A stretch of 64,000 nucleotides of DNA from Ranitomeya imitator (lineage: Eukaryota): the NCBI RefSeq assembly GCF_032444005.1, contig NC_091286.1, positions 469,960,001-470,024,000 on the forward strand, given 5' to 3'. Under the pieces are notes generated by a model, which had not been told where the DNA came from, did no database searches, and worked only from the letters and a program-made list of their open reading frames with translations. A program made the position numbers and the translations under genes. Numbering within the stretch: the first letter of the stretch is position 1; each line of letters opens with the position of its first letter. Below are positions 24,839-39,028 of the stretch, piece by piece.

Positions 24839-25729
24839 AGTACACCAGTCTCAACACATCTGTTCCCAGCTGGGCTCATAGTTCACTTCTATGCCTACAC
24901 TGTGCCTTCTTGCATCTTTGATACAACCTTCCCAATGTCATCTGACCAGCACAAGAGCGATTCAACATACAGAGATCACAGCTGGATGAATTTTTGCATA
25001 AATCGAGCTTGTTCTTGTGTTCACTCTGTTGTTCCCTCACATCCTAAGTATTTAATAAACAGGTGAAATCAAGGGACAAGCCTAGTGGCACCCAGGGTCA
25101 CAGGAAAACCACGGGTATTCTGTGACAATAGAGAATCATGTTGAAGCCCCGCGCAGACTGTCTACATTTGGGGGGCCAGTGAGTGGGAAGAGCAGAATGA
25201 CAAGAAAGGAAATTCAGCTGTAGTTGCTAATATTTCACAAACTTCACGTGATTTGGGAACTTGTTCCATTAGTGGGAATACCTTTTAAAAACAATATTAA
25301 AAGCAGTATATTGCATGTATGATTAAAACATATGTATTACACATGGTCTCCAGAAGGAAGTGAATAGTTTGTCAGATTGAACAGCGTCATGCAGCCAACA
25401 GTGCAGTATTGTGCAGGATTAGAGGATTTGTCTCAATGTCTCTTAGTCACTAAGATATTTCCTCATAGTACTTCAATGTAAGCTTTCATAAACATCTTCA
25501 TATCATTTAGCATTTTCTTAAGCCGAAGTCTAATCCTTTACTTTTTGTAATCATCCGTCCCACAAGTCTTTATTTTGAAGCTGGTACTTGCCGCATTAAG
25601 ATTTTCTTTTCGAAACTTAAAACGATAAACAGAGGAAGACGCCATTTTACTAGTCAAAATACTGGTACTTCTGTACTTTCACGAATGGTGAGGCATGAAA
25701 AAACAAAGTCAAACAGGAAAGACCATTAA

Positions 25730-27004
25730 CCCCTTCACGACATGCGCCGTACTAGTACTGCGCATGCCGTGTCACCCCCTTTGATGTGGGCTCCGGCGGT
25801 GAGCCCACATCAAAGTCGCGACATGTCAGCTGTTTTGTACAGCTGACATGTGCGCGCAATAGCGGCGGGTGAAATCGCTATTCACCCGCCGCTATTAAAC
25901 TGTTAAATGCCGCTGTCAAACACAGACAGCGGCATTTAACTACCGCATCCGGCTGGGCGGCCGGATATGACGTCATCGCCGACCCCCACCACATGATCGG
26001 GGGTCGGCGATGCATCAGGAAGGTAACCATAGAGGTCCTTGAGACCTCTATGGTTACTGATGCAGGCCTGCTGTGAGCGCCCCCCTGTGGTCGGCGCTCA
26101 CAGCACACCTGCATTTCAGCTACATAGCAGCGATCTGATGATCGCTGCTATGTAGCAGAGCCGATCAGGCTATGCCAGCTTCTACCCTCCCATAGAGGCT
26201 ATTGAAGCATGGCACAAGTAAAAAAAAAATGTTTTTAAAAATATGAAAAAAATATAAAAAATATAAAAGTTTAAATCATCCCCCTTTCGCCCCATCCTAA
26301 ATAAAACAATAAAAAAAAAAAAACATACACATATTTGGTATCGCCGTGTTCAGAATCGCCCGATCTATCAATTAAAAAAAGCATTAACCTGATCACTAAA
26401 CGGCGTAGCGAGAAAAAAATCCAAAATGCCAGAATTACGTTTTTTTGGTGGCCGCGACATTGCATTAAAATGCAATAACGGGCGATCAAAAGAAAGTATC
26501 TGCACAAAAATGGTATCATTAAAAACATCAGCTAGGCATGCAAAAAATAAGCCCTCAACTGACCCCAGATCACGAAAACTGGAGACGCTACGGGTATCGG
26601 AAAATGGCACTTTTTTTTTTTTTTTAGCAAAGTTTGGAATTTTTTTTCACCACTTAGATAAAAAATAACCTAGTCATGTTAGGTGTCTATGGACTCGTAA
26701 TGACCTGGAGAATCATATTGGCAGGTCAGTGTTAGCATTTAGTGAACCTAGCAAAAAAGCCAAACAAAAAACAAGTGTGGGATTGCACTTTTTTTGCAAT
26801 TTCACCGCACTTGGAATTTTTTTCCCGTTTTCTAGTAAAAGACATGGTAAAACCAATGGTGTCGTTCAAAAGTACAACTTGTCCCGCAAAAAATCAGCCC
26901 TCACATGACCATAATGACAGAAAAATAAAAAAGTTATGGCTCAGGGAAGGAGGAAAGTGAAAAACGAAAACACAAAAATGAAAAAGGGCCGCGACTTGAA
27001 GGGG
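25730..27004. mobile_element. Non-autonomous piggyBac, 1275 bp
   Basis: TTAA|CCCCTTCA...TGAAGGGG|TTAA; homologous to 37121-38400. Confidence 0.9.
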
Positions 27005-27244
27005 TTAATATTTTATCCCAAAAACTCATTTGATCAAGTAACAATTTACTGCAAAAACTGCAATAAAAATAGTCAGGGAAGCATGTAAATTAAGTATCAT
27101 ATAAATAAAGTGGAGTTAGCACAAAAACTTTACGGTAAAGTATAGGCAAACATTTTGCAAAGTTGTTAAAAAAAATGCCTATTTCCAATTGATAGCAACA
27201 TATCTACAATAAACACAGAGTAATGTGATCAGTACATTCATTAA

Positions 27245-28165
27245 CCCCTTCATGGCCAGGGGTATTTTCCTTTTTGCGTTTTCGTTTTTCGCTCCCCTTC
27301 TTCCCAGAGCCATAACTTTTTTATTTTTCAGTCAAAATGGCCATGTGAGGGCTTGTGTTTTGCGGGAGAAGTTGTACTTTTGAATAACACCATTGGCTTT
27401 AACATGTTGTGTACCGGAAAATGTGAAAAAAAAATCCAATTGCCAAGAAATTGCAAAAAAAAGTGCAATTCCACAGTTGTTTTTTTTTTTGCCATGCTCA
27501 TTAAATGCTATAATTGACATGTCATTATAATTCTCCAGGTAATTGCAAGTTTGGAGATAACAAACATGTCTAGGTTCTTTTTTATTTAAGTGGGGAAAAA
27601 AATCCAAACTTTGGTAAAAAGATGGCGTATCTCCGTTTTTCGTGATCTGGGGCTGGTTGAGGGCTTATTTTTTGGGCGCTGAGCTGACTTTTTATTGATG
27701 CAATTTTGGTGTAGATGGGATCTTTTGATCATCCATTATCGCATTTTATTGCAATCTAGGGACCACAAAAAAAGTAATTTTGGCATTTTTTTCTTGCCAA
27801 GTCGTTTAGCAATCGGATTAATTCTATTTTTACATTGATAGATCTGGTGATTCTGAATGTGGCGATGCCAAATATGTGTAAATTTGATTTTTTATTGTTT
27901 TATTTTGAATGGGGCAAAAAGGGGGGTGATATGAACTTTTATATATTTTTTATATTTTTAAAAACTTTTTTTTTACTTTATGCAAGCTTCAATAGTCTCT
28001 ATGGGACCTTAGAAGCTGCAGTTGTCTTATCGCCTCTGCTACACACAGGCGATGATCACTTACTATGAGCGCCGGGTGGTGCTCATAGCAATCTGGCAAT
28101 GACAATGACAATCATAGAGGTCAGCTGGAGACCTCTGGTTGTCATGCTGACCCATCGGTGACCCG
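27245..28165. mobile_element. Truncated non-autonomous piggyBac, inverted relative to 25730-27004
   Basis: TTAA|CCCCTTCATGGCC start; its sequence is the reverse complement of the distal part of 25730-27004 and 37121-38400. Confidence 0.8.
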
Positions 28166-28169
28166 CGAT

Positions 28170-28820
28170 CAAGGGTTGCTTCAGTATTGACACATAATCT
28201 TCTTTTCTTATGATGCCATTTATTTTGTGAAGTGAACCAGTCCCTCCTGCAGAAAACAACCCCACAACATGATGCTGCCACCCCCATTTTTCACAGTTGG
28301 GATGATGTTCTTTGGCTTCCAAGGTTCTCCCTTTTTCCTCCAAACGTAATGATGGTCATTATGCCCAAAATGTTCAATTTTAGTTTCATCAGACCACAGG
28401 ACATGTCTCCAAAATTTTGCATTTGCAAACATTAACCTGGCTTTTTTATGTTTCTTTTGAAGTAATGGCCTCTTCCTGACAGAGTGTTCTGTCAGCCCAT
28501 GTTGATACAGTACTTGTTTCACTGTGGATATTGACACAATCTTATCAGCTTCCGCCATCATCTTCAAAAGGTCTTTTCTTTTGTCCTTGGGTTGACATGC
28601 ACATGTGGGACCAAAGCACGTTCTTCTCTGGGACACAGAGCCCATCTTCCTGAGCAGAATGATGACTGGATATTCCCATCTTGTATGTACTTGCATATAT
28701 TTGATTGTATAGATGAGTGAGGCACCTTCATTTTGAAATTTTATCCAAGGATGAGCCAAACTTGTGCAAGTCCGCAATTCTCTTCCTGATATCTTGGCTG
28801 ATCTCTTTAGCCTTTCCCAT
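28170..28820 (-). mobile_element. Decayed Tc1 transposase fragment
   Basis: ATG at 28820 ([15 protein letters not shown]..), [39 protein letters not shown]. Confidence 0.85.
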
Positions 28821-29150
28821 GATGCTACTGTGGTTATTTTATACATGTGCTTCCTGTACTTTCAGGAAGAGTTTTCTGCAGGTTTATTATCAGAGACAGG
28901 ATTACAAAGACAGGTAACACCTATGTGTAAAAATATGACACATGATTCCCCTGTCACTCCCTCTTCCCTCTTATTGACTTTTGCACACACTTATTAGATG
29001 CTTGAGCAAAAAAGATAGGGTCTGAGTCTATTGCTGTTAGTGTACATGTGGCTATGCTAAAACAACAGAAAGTGTGACTCTAATGTAACCTCAGAGGCCA
29101 CTGTGACAATTTAAGACAATCTCTATTTATTTCTTTATTTATTTACACAC

Positions 29151-30316
29151 TGTGATGCACTGACCCCTGTTACAGCTTGGAGGGTGCTGCATGTTCTCCT
29201 CAGAATATGCACGGAGGCGTATTAAGGTCATGAGAATGCATGGCAGTTGCAGGCATAACTATGATGGTGAGAGAGTGTCCGGCATGATTTTAAATGGCCA
29301 GTATGTGTTGTAGAGGGAGTCTGTGCTGTAAGCCAGTATTGTTGTCCTGGGAATTGTAGTTCCATAAGATATGTGTTTGTGTAGTTGTAAAGGAAGGCTT
29401 GCAGGGTTAGTTGGAGAGCTGGGTGGGTCTGACTAACCACACACACATCCGACCTGTAGCAGTGGCTTCTGTGATATAATGTGACTGTGGTCTGGTCACA
29501 TGGTCAGTGTGTCAAGTCCTGGAAGGCTTGTGTGTTGGACGGTCCTATGAGTGGATGGACGTCCTGAAGAGCATAGTGAGAGGCTGTGGACTTGAAAGGC
29601 CTGTATGTTGGGAGGTCCTGGGAGTAGGACCGGATCCCTGAATAGCACATGGAGAGGCCATGGACCTGGATGGCCTGCATGTTGGATGGTCCTGGGAGTA
29701 GGGCCGGAGTCCTGAAGAGCACGGGGTGAGGCCATGGTCCTGCAGAGCCGGTGAAAGCTGATGTATTGGGGGAGTTACAGACCATCAGGATCTGGACTAT
29801 CAGGTGGCCTGGTGAGCAAGGCCTTGTCCGGGACGGTAATCCCAGTTCGGCAGCTTCCCTGGGAGAGTACTGAGAGAAGACAGCGTGTGGAGCAGGAGCT
29901 CCTGGAAGGTAAACCAGAGTATGGGGAACTGTGTGCACTGACAGGGGGTCAGTTAATGAACTGTGCGGTCACCCATGGTGACTGGATGGAGTAAGGTCCA
30001 GCATGTTTTGAGACTGCAACCTAATGTCGTGTGTTGGTGCCTGTTGTGTTCCATGGACATTAATGAACTGTTCGGCGTGTGGTTACCCATGGTAACTGGA
30101 CAAAGAGGTCAGGCATGTTTAGTGACTGCATCTCAAAGCTGTATACTGCGATGTGCTAAGGACTATGTGAGGTCTGTGATGGGTAACATCGCTTACAGCT
30201 GTTTACAATGCTTGAATAAAACAAAATAGACTGTTTATGTGAAAAAACGTGCCTGTCTACATTTATCCCATTGCTAAGTGAGATTACACCAACCCATTAG
30301 TGATAACTGCATCACA
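29151..30316 (+). mobile_element. Solo LTR (Gypsy-like), 1166 bp
   Basis: TGTGATGCA...TGCATCACA inverted ends, 4-bp TSD ACAC, AATAAA near 30215. Confidence 0.85.
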
Positions 30317-30337
30317 ACACTTATATAGCACCACTAA

Positions 30338-32100
30338 CCCCTTAGTGACAGAGCCAATTTGGCACTTAATGACCGAGCCAATTTTTACACGTCTGACCAC
30401 TGTCCCTTTATGAGGTTATAACTCTGGAACGCTTCAACGGATCCCGCTGATTCTGAGACTGTTTTTTCGTGACATATTGTACTTCATGTTAGTGGTAACA
30501 TTTATTCGATATTACTTGCGTTTATTAATTAAAAAAATGGAAATATGGCGAAAATTTTGAAAATTTTGCAATTTTGAAAATTTTTATTTTTATGCCCTTA
30601 CATCAGAGAGATATGTCACACAAAATGGTCAATAAATAACATTTTCCATATGTCTTCTTTACATCAGTACAATTTTGGAAACAATTTTTTTAGGGAATTA
30701 TAAGGGTTAAAATTTGACCAGCAATTTCTTATTTTTACAATTTAGGGGTCTATATGGCAGAAAATGCCCAAAAGTGACACCATTCTAAAAACTGCACCCC
30801 TCAAGGTGTGCAAAGCCACATTCAAGAACTTTATTAACCCTTCAGTTGTTGCACAGGAACTGAAGCAATGTGGAAGGATAAAATGAACATTTAACTTTTT
30901 TCACAAACATTTTACTTCAGAACCAATTTTGATTATTTTTCACAAGTGTAAAAAGAGAAAATGAACCACAAAATTTGTTGTGCAATTTGTCCGGAGAATG
31001 CTGATACCCCATATGTGGGGGGGGGGGGGGGAACCACTGTTTGGGTGCATAGCAGAGCTCAGAAGGGAATGAGCGCCATTTGACTTTTTGGAGAGCCCCT
31101 GATGTGCCTAAACAGTGTAAACCCCCCACAAGTGACCCCATTTTGGAAACTAGACCCCCTAAGGAACTTATCTAGGTGTGTGGTCAACACTTTGAACCCC
31201 CAAGTGCTTCATACAAGTTTATAACGTAGAGCCGAAAAAATTAAAAATCATATTTTTTTCACAAAAATGATCTTTTCACCCCCAATTTTTTATTTTCTCA
31301 GAGATAGCAAGATAAATTGGCCCCCTCACCTTGTTGTGCAAATTGTCTTGAGTATGTCAATACCCCATATGTGGGGGTAAACCTCTGTTTGGGTGCACTG
31401 CAGAGCTCAGAAGGGAAGGAGTGCCGTTTGACGTTTTAATTTCCTAATTGTGAGAGCGGACGTCATTTTGGGTTTGCAGATGTGCCTAACAGCAGAAACC
31501 CCCCACAACTGATGCCATTTTGGAAACTACACCCCTCAAAGATTTTAATCAGGGGTATATGGAGCAATTTGAACCCACATGTACGACACAGAGTTTGATA
31601 ACATTAGGTCATCATATTGAAAAAATTCATTTTTTTCCACGAAAATCTTGTTTTAGACCTGAATTTCTCACTTTTTTTCAGAAATAACATCAAAAAGTAA
31701 ACCCCACAATTCGTTACCCACTTTATTATGAGTGCAGCGATATCCCATATGTAGTCAAAAAGTTCTGTTTGGACAAATGGCAGGGCTTGGACAGAAAGGG
31801 GCACAATGTGACAAATTTGGCTTTATTTGAAATAGATTGTTATACTGGCAGAGCCTGTATGGTTCAAGAGCAACAGAAATCCCCCATAAATGTCTTTTTT
31901 CATAAATTGTACCCTCTAATGTATTTATCTAGGGAGGTAATGAGTAGTTTGATGCCACCATTTTTTATGCAGTTGATGCAACACAAGCTTGAAAATTTAC
32001 AATTTGCATTTTTTTCACTGTCTCTTTTATGATTCTTTTTTGTAAGTTCTGAGGAACACACCTCAAATTTTATTTCACTAGTTTTTAAGTGTTCAGAAAT
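30338..32100. mobile_element. Truncated relative of the large piggyBac (same end, a few decayed 393-bp units)
   Basis: CTAA|CCCCTT start, then close similarity to 12910-13500 and to the 393-bp unit. Right boundary approximate. Confidence 0.8.
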
Positions 32101-32986
32101 ATATCCAATATGGCACCAATGTGAGTACTGGTGACAAAGCAGTGTCTATAATAGATGGCACGCCATTTGGTCTTTAGGGTGAAATTGAAGATCCAGGACC
32201 CATTCAAAGCTTCTAGAGACATTGAGCAAGCAAGAAAATCCTTCCAGGAATTATTACTCACAGAGGGAGGCATGCTGCAAAAACACATTGGCTGATTATA
32301 AAATTGGTCTTGCTAACAAAACAGTTGTCCCGCATTTGCGTATATTGTAGCAGGAAGAATAAACTGTACTGGAATGAAGGGTAAATGTGTGTTTTCAAAC
32401 CTGCAACTTCTATTCTCTCAGCATTTTATGTCCATTCAAATGAGTGAGAAAAAAATGCAAGCAACCACATGTAAAAATGCATACGAAATGCATGTATTTT
32501 ACTCTGCATTTTTCCTGCTGCAGAAAAAAACAGCTGCAAATACTTAATGTGTGCAGATGCCCCGAGTAAGCTAAGCAAAATCAATGCAATTGTAGGATAT
32601 ATGGAAGTCTACCTGGATAGAAGCTTAAACCAGACTTAGAGATTCGAAAATTGCTGGTTTAATGAAAGGCATGCACTTCCAGAGAGTTCCCTAATTCCCA
32701 ATGCATGAGAATGAGGTCAGTAAGAAAAAGAAAATACATTGATCTTAAAATATTCCAGCACCGAACAAACCTAAATTATCTTGTATTCCAGAGAAAAGAA
32801 TAACCCTTAAATTAAAGATGATCAGCATTATTCCTTTCTATCTCCCGTAGGATGAAAATAATAGATAGGTTGTGAACCATTTACACATAGACAGAGTTTT
32901 CCTATGATAGTCTGATTAGAAAGCACTTTCCTTATTTCCATATTAATTGTTCACACGGCCTTCTCCATGCTGTTATAAAAACTTAA

Positions 32987-33371
32987 TGGGGTTGTCTGGT
33001 CAAAACCGATAAGTTTGTGAGACTCCACACTTGTGAATCCCCCAGCATATGCACTGCGAGGATCCGCCTTTTTCAGACTGAGGACCGGAGGGTACGTATG
33101 CAGTATACATACTCCTGGCCAGTGTGCGCGGCCTTGCTTCATACACTTGCATTGAGCAGATTCGCGCCCCATCCAGTGACACAGCCGGGGAGTGGGTGTG
33201 GCTGACTATAAGACGTGTATGCAGAGCGAGGCCACGCCCACTGGCCAAGAGTATGTATACTGCATATATACCCTCCGGACCCCTGTCTGAAACTAGCGAA
33301 TCCCTGCAGCGCAGCGTACTTTTGCTGGGGGGATTCACAAGTCTATTATCTGTTTTGACAGGACAACCCCT
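32987..33371. mobile_element. T2/Kolobok-like palindromic MITE
   Basis: TTAA TSD at both ends; GGGGTTGTC / GACAACCCC TIR with extended internal symmetry. Confidence 0.85.
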
Positions 33372-33464
33372 TTAAGATGCTTGTGCTTTATGCACTGACG
33401 ATAACACGCTATATTATTAGGGACTTTACTGCTACAAATGAATGAAAATGTATGTGGATATGTA

Positions 33465-33784
33465 AGGTGTTGTCCACCTCTTTAAAACGCTTAATCAGTG
33501 GTCCTAGGGTGGAATACAAGTAGTAGGGCTGCTTCTTGGTTCTGCTGCAAGTGTTTTCTGTTACTCAGGCAGAATATCCAAGTTGCCGAAGTTGCAGCAG
33601 ATCACTGGCTGCTGATTGGCTGCAGCAGCCATATGATGCCCCTGTCAAAGAGGAAACCAGGAGCCAATCAAAGAATGCTGTCAGCAGAAAGGAGAAGTGG
33701 AGCAAATCAGGTAGAGGAATATGTTTTTCTATTACTTGTGTACCCCCTGTCTCCATAATGTTTTTAGAAGCAATGGACAACCTT
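33465..33784. mobile_element. Decayed T2-like MITE
   Basis: AGGTGTTGTCC ... GGACAACCTT|TTAA. Confidence 0.45.
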
Positions 33785-33970
33785 TTAAATAACAATGAAT
33801 ATATATAATTATTTACCTTTTTACACCTGTAATCAAATCAAATGTATTTGCTTACTATGTAGAAACAGTTTAACGACTGTTAAAAATAATATTTGTTCAC
33901 TATCACCATTTTACTGACTTGCAGTTTGAGGAGAAATATTGAACAAATGTATATACTGATATCTAGTTGG

Positions 33971-34580
33971 TGTCAAGAGGCCTGTTGCAGACTTACAGCA
34001 GGAGTCTGTGCATGAGATAAAGAAGGACAGGGGGTGAGAGGGGAGTGCTCTGGTGAGCTTACCTGCAGGAGCACAGGACCTGAAACACCTGACCACTGAG
34101 GGAGGGGCCAGAGGCGGAGCAAGACGCTGAGTAGCAGCAGTGACAGGCGAAACCGGAGAGTAGTCTGAATGTGCCGAAGTCAAGCCAGGAGTTTGATGAA
34201 GTACTAAAGAGTGAGACGCTGAGAGTGGTCAGGAAGTAGCAAAAGGTCAAGTAGCTGGAGATAGCGGCGCAGTACAAACGGGGCAGACAGGAGATTAGTA
34301 AGAGTAACAAGCCGAAGGTCAGAGCCAGAAACAGACAGCAAGCACGGAATCACAAAGCAATGCACAGAACGAGAACACAGACCGGATCATACACGAGAAG
34401 GCAAACAGACTATGCAGTATGCAAGCACACCAGGGGTCAGACACACAGCCGGAACAGATGTATCACAGACAAGGATCCCCAAATGAAGGCGGGTAAATAT
34501 AGCCCTCCCCAAACCAAAAGGAGGCCATACAAAATTAACCCTGAGAGGACAGGAAAGGATCCCTGTCCACAACCATGACA
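33971..34580. mobile_element. Solo LTR, 610 bp
   Basis: TGTCA...TGACA ends with a 5-bp TSD GTTGG (33966-33970 and 34581-34585). Confidence 0.8.
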
Positions 34581-34592
34581 GTTGGCACTTAA

Positions 34593-34975
34593 AGGGAATC
34601 TGTCAGCAGGTTTTAGCTACCTCATCTGAGAGCAGTATAATATAGGAAAAGAGATGCTATTCCAATTATGTATCACCTAGTTTAATGGGTGCAGCAGTTG
34701 TGACATAATCAGAGTTCTTAGATATAGAATGCAGCAGAGCTGAGGAAACAAACCACGCCCACATCAGGCTCTGTAGTACATTGTCTATCGACAGTGAGCC
34801 ACTTATCACAGGAGGGGGTGGAGTCGGCGCAGCAAGCGCTTGCCATATAGTTCAGACAACAATAATAACCTTTTGATATTCGCAAGTAAACAACAGCACA
34901 CAGCCTGATAAGTGAAACATTGTTGAAATCTGTGTTTTAACCCCTATCTCAAGCTGTCCTTAGATTACATAGCCA
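34593..34975. mobile_element. T2/Kolobok-like MITE
   Basis: TTAA|AGGGAATCTGTCAGCAGG start; similar to the 24424 and 38654 copies. Confidence 0.7.
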
Positions 34976-37120
34976 ACCAGATCATGGTCTCAGAATTTCC
35001 TTAGTATTGCACAGGTGGTGGAAGTATCATCACAATACTAGGAATTCTCTCACCAGTGCATTACTATGGAAATCCTTAAAACATGACCTGTGGGGAACCG
35101 TAAGGACTGCAGTTTCGGAAACACTGCTCTAAATGATAAATAAAGTCTAAGTAAGTCTAAAAGCGTGGAAATGAAATTAGTCCTATAAATGTATCTGGTT
35201 AGTGATAAGCAAAGTCTTTTTAAAGAATTGTTTTTCTTGGCTTAGTCTTATTTTGAGCTTGATGATTATGGCTAAGGAGGGAAAGCCTTATTCCAATATT
35301 CTAATAAGAGACTCTATTATATCTGAAACATTTGGCTGATCTTTTTGTTGGGACCATCCATCTTTGACCTGAAAAACTGAGCTATTTCCTCCAACGGCTA
35401 ATCTGCCAAACATTCAGAGTTTCACAAATCTAATGTCAGAAAGTAATTTCTGTGGTCACTACAGGTGATATGCCTGACAACCACAGTTTAAAGTATGTTG
35501 TTAGCCAGCACTTTTCTTCAAATTTGTTGTCAGACGGGGTTATTTCTATGACTGGTCCAACATTTCAAATTGTTTCAAATGGCTTCTTAGGCAGTAATTT
35601 CTTCAAAGTGCAGACGAACAATAATTTCCTAATAACAATAATTGGACCATTTTGCTTTGAACTGCTATAAATTATATAACTGACGTAAGAACAAGAGCAA
35701 TAATACTGTTCGGGCCAGGGCGGCTAGACGATGATAAGAGCCTGTGGTCAATGGTAGTCATCGGCATATACACAGAAGCAGTCAGACACAGGCAGTCATA
35801 AAACAGCCCGTACTGTAACCCTTCATAGGCTACAAGGGAATTTAAAATCTCTGAGACAGACTCTATTGCAGGAATGATTCTGCTTGTAAAAGGGCAGATT
35901 CAATTAATTGGCTTTAATTAAAAAAAAAGGGAGCTCTTTTTGCAATTCTCAGAAATATATGGTTTGGGGTATTTGACTTTAGTTTATCAAAGTTCCCCAT
36001 GATGTTCTCTTTTTAATACATTCCACGTGTCTAGCTGTGGAAACTGTATATTCATTTCATTATAATAAACCGCATTATTCAGCTATTAATGTATTTTTTA
36101 TTATCAGAGTGCTTCAATTGCATCCCCGTTCACATATTATATTAGAGCTATTTCTATACAAAAGTTCTAATTTTTAATAATTACCGTAAGACTTATCAGT
36201 CGGCTTACATGCAAGAAGCATACGACATGTTTCCCAGGTTTATTATATTCTTCTTCTATATAGAATCAGATTTAACACTTTATTATTGGAGGCGGCTAGC
36301 AGCAAAGAAGTGTTCAAGTAGCTCCCTCTAGTGTCTCTGCTAATTTACAGGTTGTGCAGTACAAATTTGTATTATTTAGCGACATTTTATACATCACTCT
36401 GCTGTTCTAAATATATTTTATTTTGTGTAATGCATTTTCTTTCATACGCAATAAATTATAGTAACTAAGGTGCGTCATTTAATTAAGACCAATTTTAGAA
36501 TCTCTTAATCTAAAGGATGTTTTATCATCTCTGCATTTTGAAAATCCATAACTGTTCTATTTCTCCCTTCATGCAACCATATAAAGGCTTGATTTGTCCT
36601 AGTTGGTATTTTTTTGTACGGTATTACTTTGGGTTACATATCATATACTGTATACATGTTATTTATACATTCTATTAGGGGCATGAAAAAAGCAAACACC
36701 AATTCGTCAATTCTTTATTTTAAAAGCATTCACCGTTCTGTATTGTTGGTGTGAATCTATTCACAGGGGTGGGTCCATCAGGTACATGAACCCTTAAGAA
36801 CCGCCTCTTACTTGACATCATCGACGGCTTTTCTTTTGATGATCCGTCCTAATAAGAATCATCTTTGCGTCATGACCCACATGCGATGTCACGCCAGGCC
36901 TGCTACTCAAAGCAAGAGCCGCGGACGCCGGGCGGTAGGAGCTAGTTCTCAGATATCGACTCCGCAGATAATACTAATATCGAGGATGATGGACAAAGTC
37001 AAGCAAATCTATTCACACAAGCTTTACTATTGTGATATTTTTAAAGTTCAAGATGTTATTGATGTGGCATCATTAATTGTTTTTTAAAGAATTTTGGAGG
37101 ATACAAAAGTGTTCTTTTAA

Positions 37121-38400
37121 CCCCTATCTGACCTCGGACGGGATAGTACGTCCGAGGTCAGATCCCCTGCTTTGATGCAGGGCTCCGCGGTGAGCCCGCA
37201 TCAAAGCCAGGACATGTCAGCTGTTTTGAACAGCTGACATGTACCCGTAATAGGCGCGGGCAGAATCGTGATCTGCCCGCACCTATTAACTAGTTAAATG
37301 CCGCTGTCAAACTCAGACAGCGGCATTTAATTACCGCTTCCGGCCGGGCGGCCGGAAATGACGTCATCGCCGACCCCCATCACATGATCGGGGGTCGGCG
37401 ATGCGTCTGGTTGGTAACCATAGAGGTCCTAAAGACCTCTATGGTTACTGATGACCGGTGGCTGTGAGCGCCACCCTGTGGTCGGCGCTCACAGCACACC
37501 TCCATTTCTGCTACATAGCAGCGATCAGCAGATCGCTGCTATGTAGCAGAGCTGATCGCGTTGTGCCTGCTTCTAGCCTCCCATGGAGGCTATTGAAGCA
37601 TGGCAAAAGTAAAAAAAAAAAAGTTAAAAAAAATGTGAAAAAAATAAAAAAATATAAAAGTTTAAATCACCCCCCTTTCGCCCCAATCAAAATAAATCAA
37701 TAAAAAAAAATCAAATCTACACATATTTGGTATCGCCGCACTCAGAATCGCACAATCTATCAATTAAAAAAAAGCATTAACCTGATCGCTAAACGGCGTA
37801 GTGAGAAAAAAATTCGAAACGCCAGAATTACGTTTTTTAGGTCGCCACGACATTGCATTAAAATGCAATAACGGGCGATCAAAAGAACGTATCTGCACCA
37901 AAATGCTATCATTAAAAACATCATCTTGGCACGCAAAAAATAAGCCCTCAACCGACCCCAGATCACGAAAAATGGAGACGCTACGAGTATCAGAAAATGG
38001 CGCTTTTTTTTTTTTTTTTTTAGCAAAGTTTGGAATTTTTTTTCACAACTTAGGTAAAAAATAACCGAGTCATGTTAGGTGTCTATGAACTCGTACTGAC
38101 CTGGAGAATCATAATGTCAGGTCAGTTTTAGCATTTAATGAACCTAGCAAAAAAGCCAAACAAAAAACAAGTGTGGGATTGCACTTTTTTTGCAATTTCA
38201 CTGCACTTGGAATTTTTTTCCCGTTTTCTAGTACACGACATGCTAAAACCAATGATGTCGTTCAAAAGTACAACTCGTCCCGCAAAAAATAAGCCCTCAC
38301 ATGGCCAAATTGACGGAAAAATAAAAAAGTTATGGCTCTGGGAAGGAGGGGAGCGAAAAACGAACACGGAAAAATGAAAAATCCCAAGGTCATGAAGGGG
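37121..38400. mobile_element. Non-autonomous piggyBac, 1280 bp
   Basis: TTAA TSDs at 37117-37120 and 38401-38404; CCCCT...AGGGG ends. Confidence 0.9.
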
Positions 38401-38653
38401 TTAAAGAAGTTGGATTTTTTTTTAAATATTTTTATTTTACATTTTTTTCGCTTCCATATGGGACTTGACCATCAGGTAATTTTATCAATTCTATAATAAA
38501 TTTAGCTGTACTGTTATACTAATAGACAGCATATGAAAACATACCTTTTGCAGACGTTATATCCTCCAGTTGCATTAGCAACTTATTGCCACTCCATAAT
38601 CAAAGCCAGTAAGAGTGGGCTTAATGAGGTAGCAGCCCATAAGCCTCTGTTAA

Positions 38654-39028
38654 AGGAAATCTGTCAGCATGTTTTGATATCTTGTCTGAGAGCAACATGA
38701 TGTAGGCAAAGAGAAGCTGAATCCAACGATGTATCACTTAGTTTGCTGGGCGCAGCCGTTCTTACATAATCAGAGTTTGTAGATGAAGAATAGAGCAGAG
38801 CTGAGAAAGCTGCCACCGCCCACACCAGGCTCTCTGTATACATTGTAGTTTGGAGTTGGACTAGCAACGGCATTCCAGCTAGTCACAGCAATGATAATCT
38901 CTTAGTGATAAAACCTTCAATGAAAGTGCATAGCACACTTTTGATAAGTGGCAAATCATTAAATTCAATGTTTTAACCCCCCCAAAAATGCTGTCATCAG
39001 ATTACAAAGAACTGCTGACAGATTCCCT
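38654..39028. mobile_element. Complete T2/Kolobok-like MITE
   Basis: TTAA|AGGAAATCTGTCAGCA ... TGCTGACAGATTCCCT|TTAA. Confidence 0.85.

Noticed and set aside
25440-25700. Coding-looking minus-strand stretch (MASSSVYRFKFRK...)
   Set aside because: Short, stop-interrupted and unassignable by eye.
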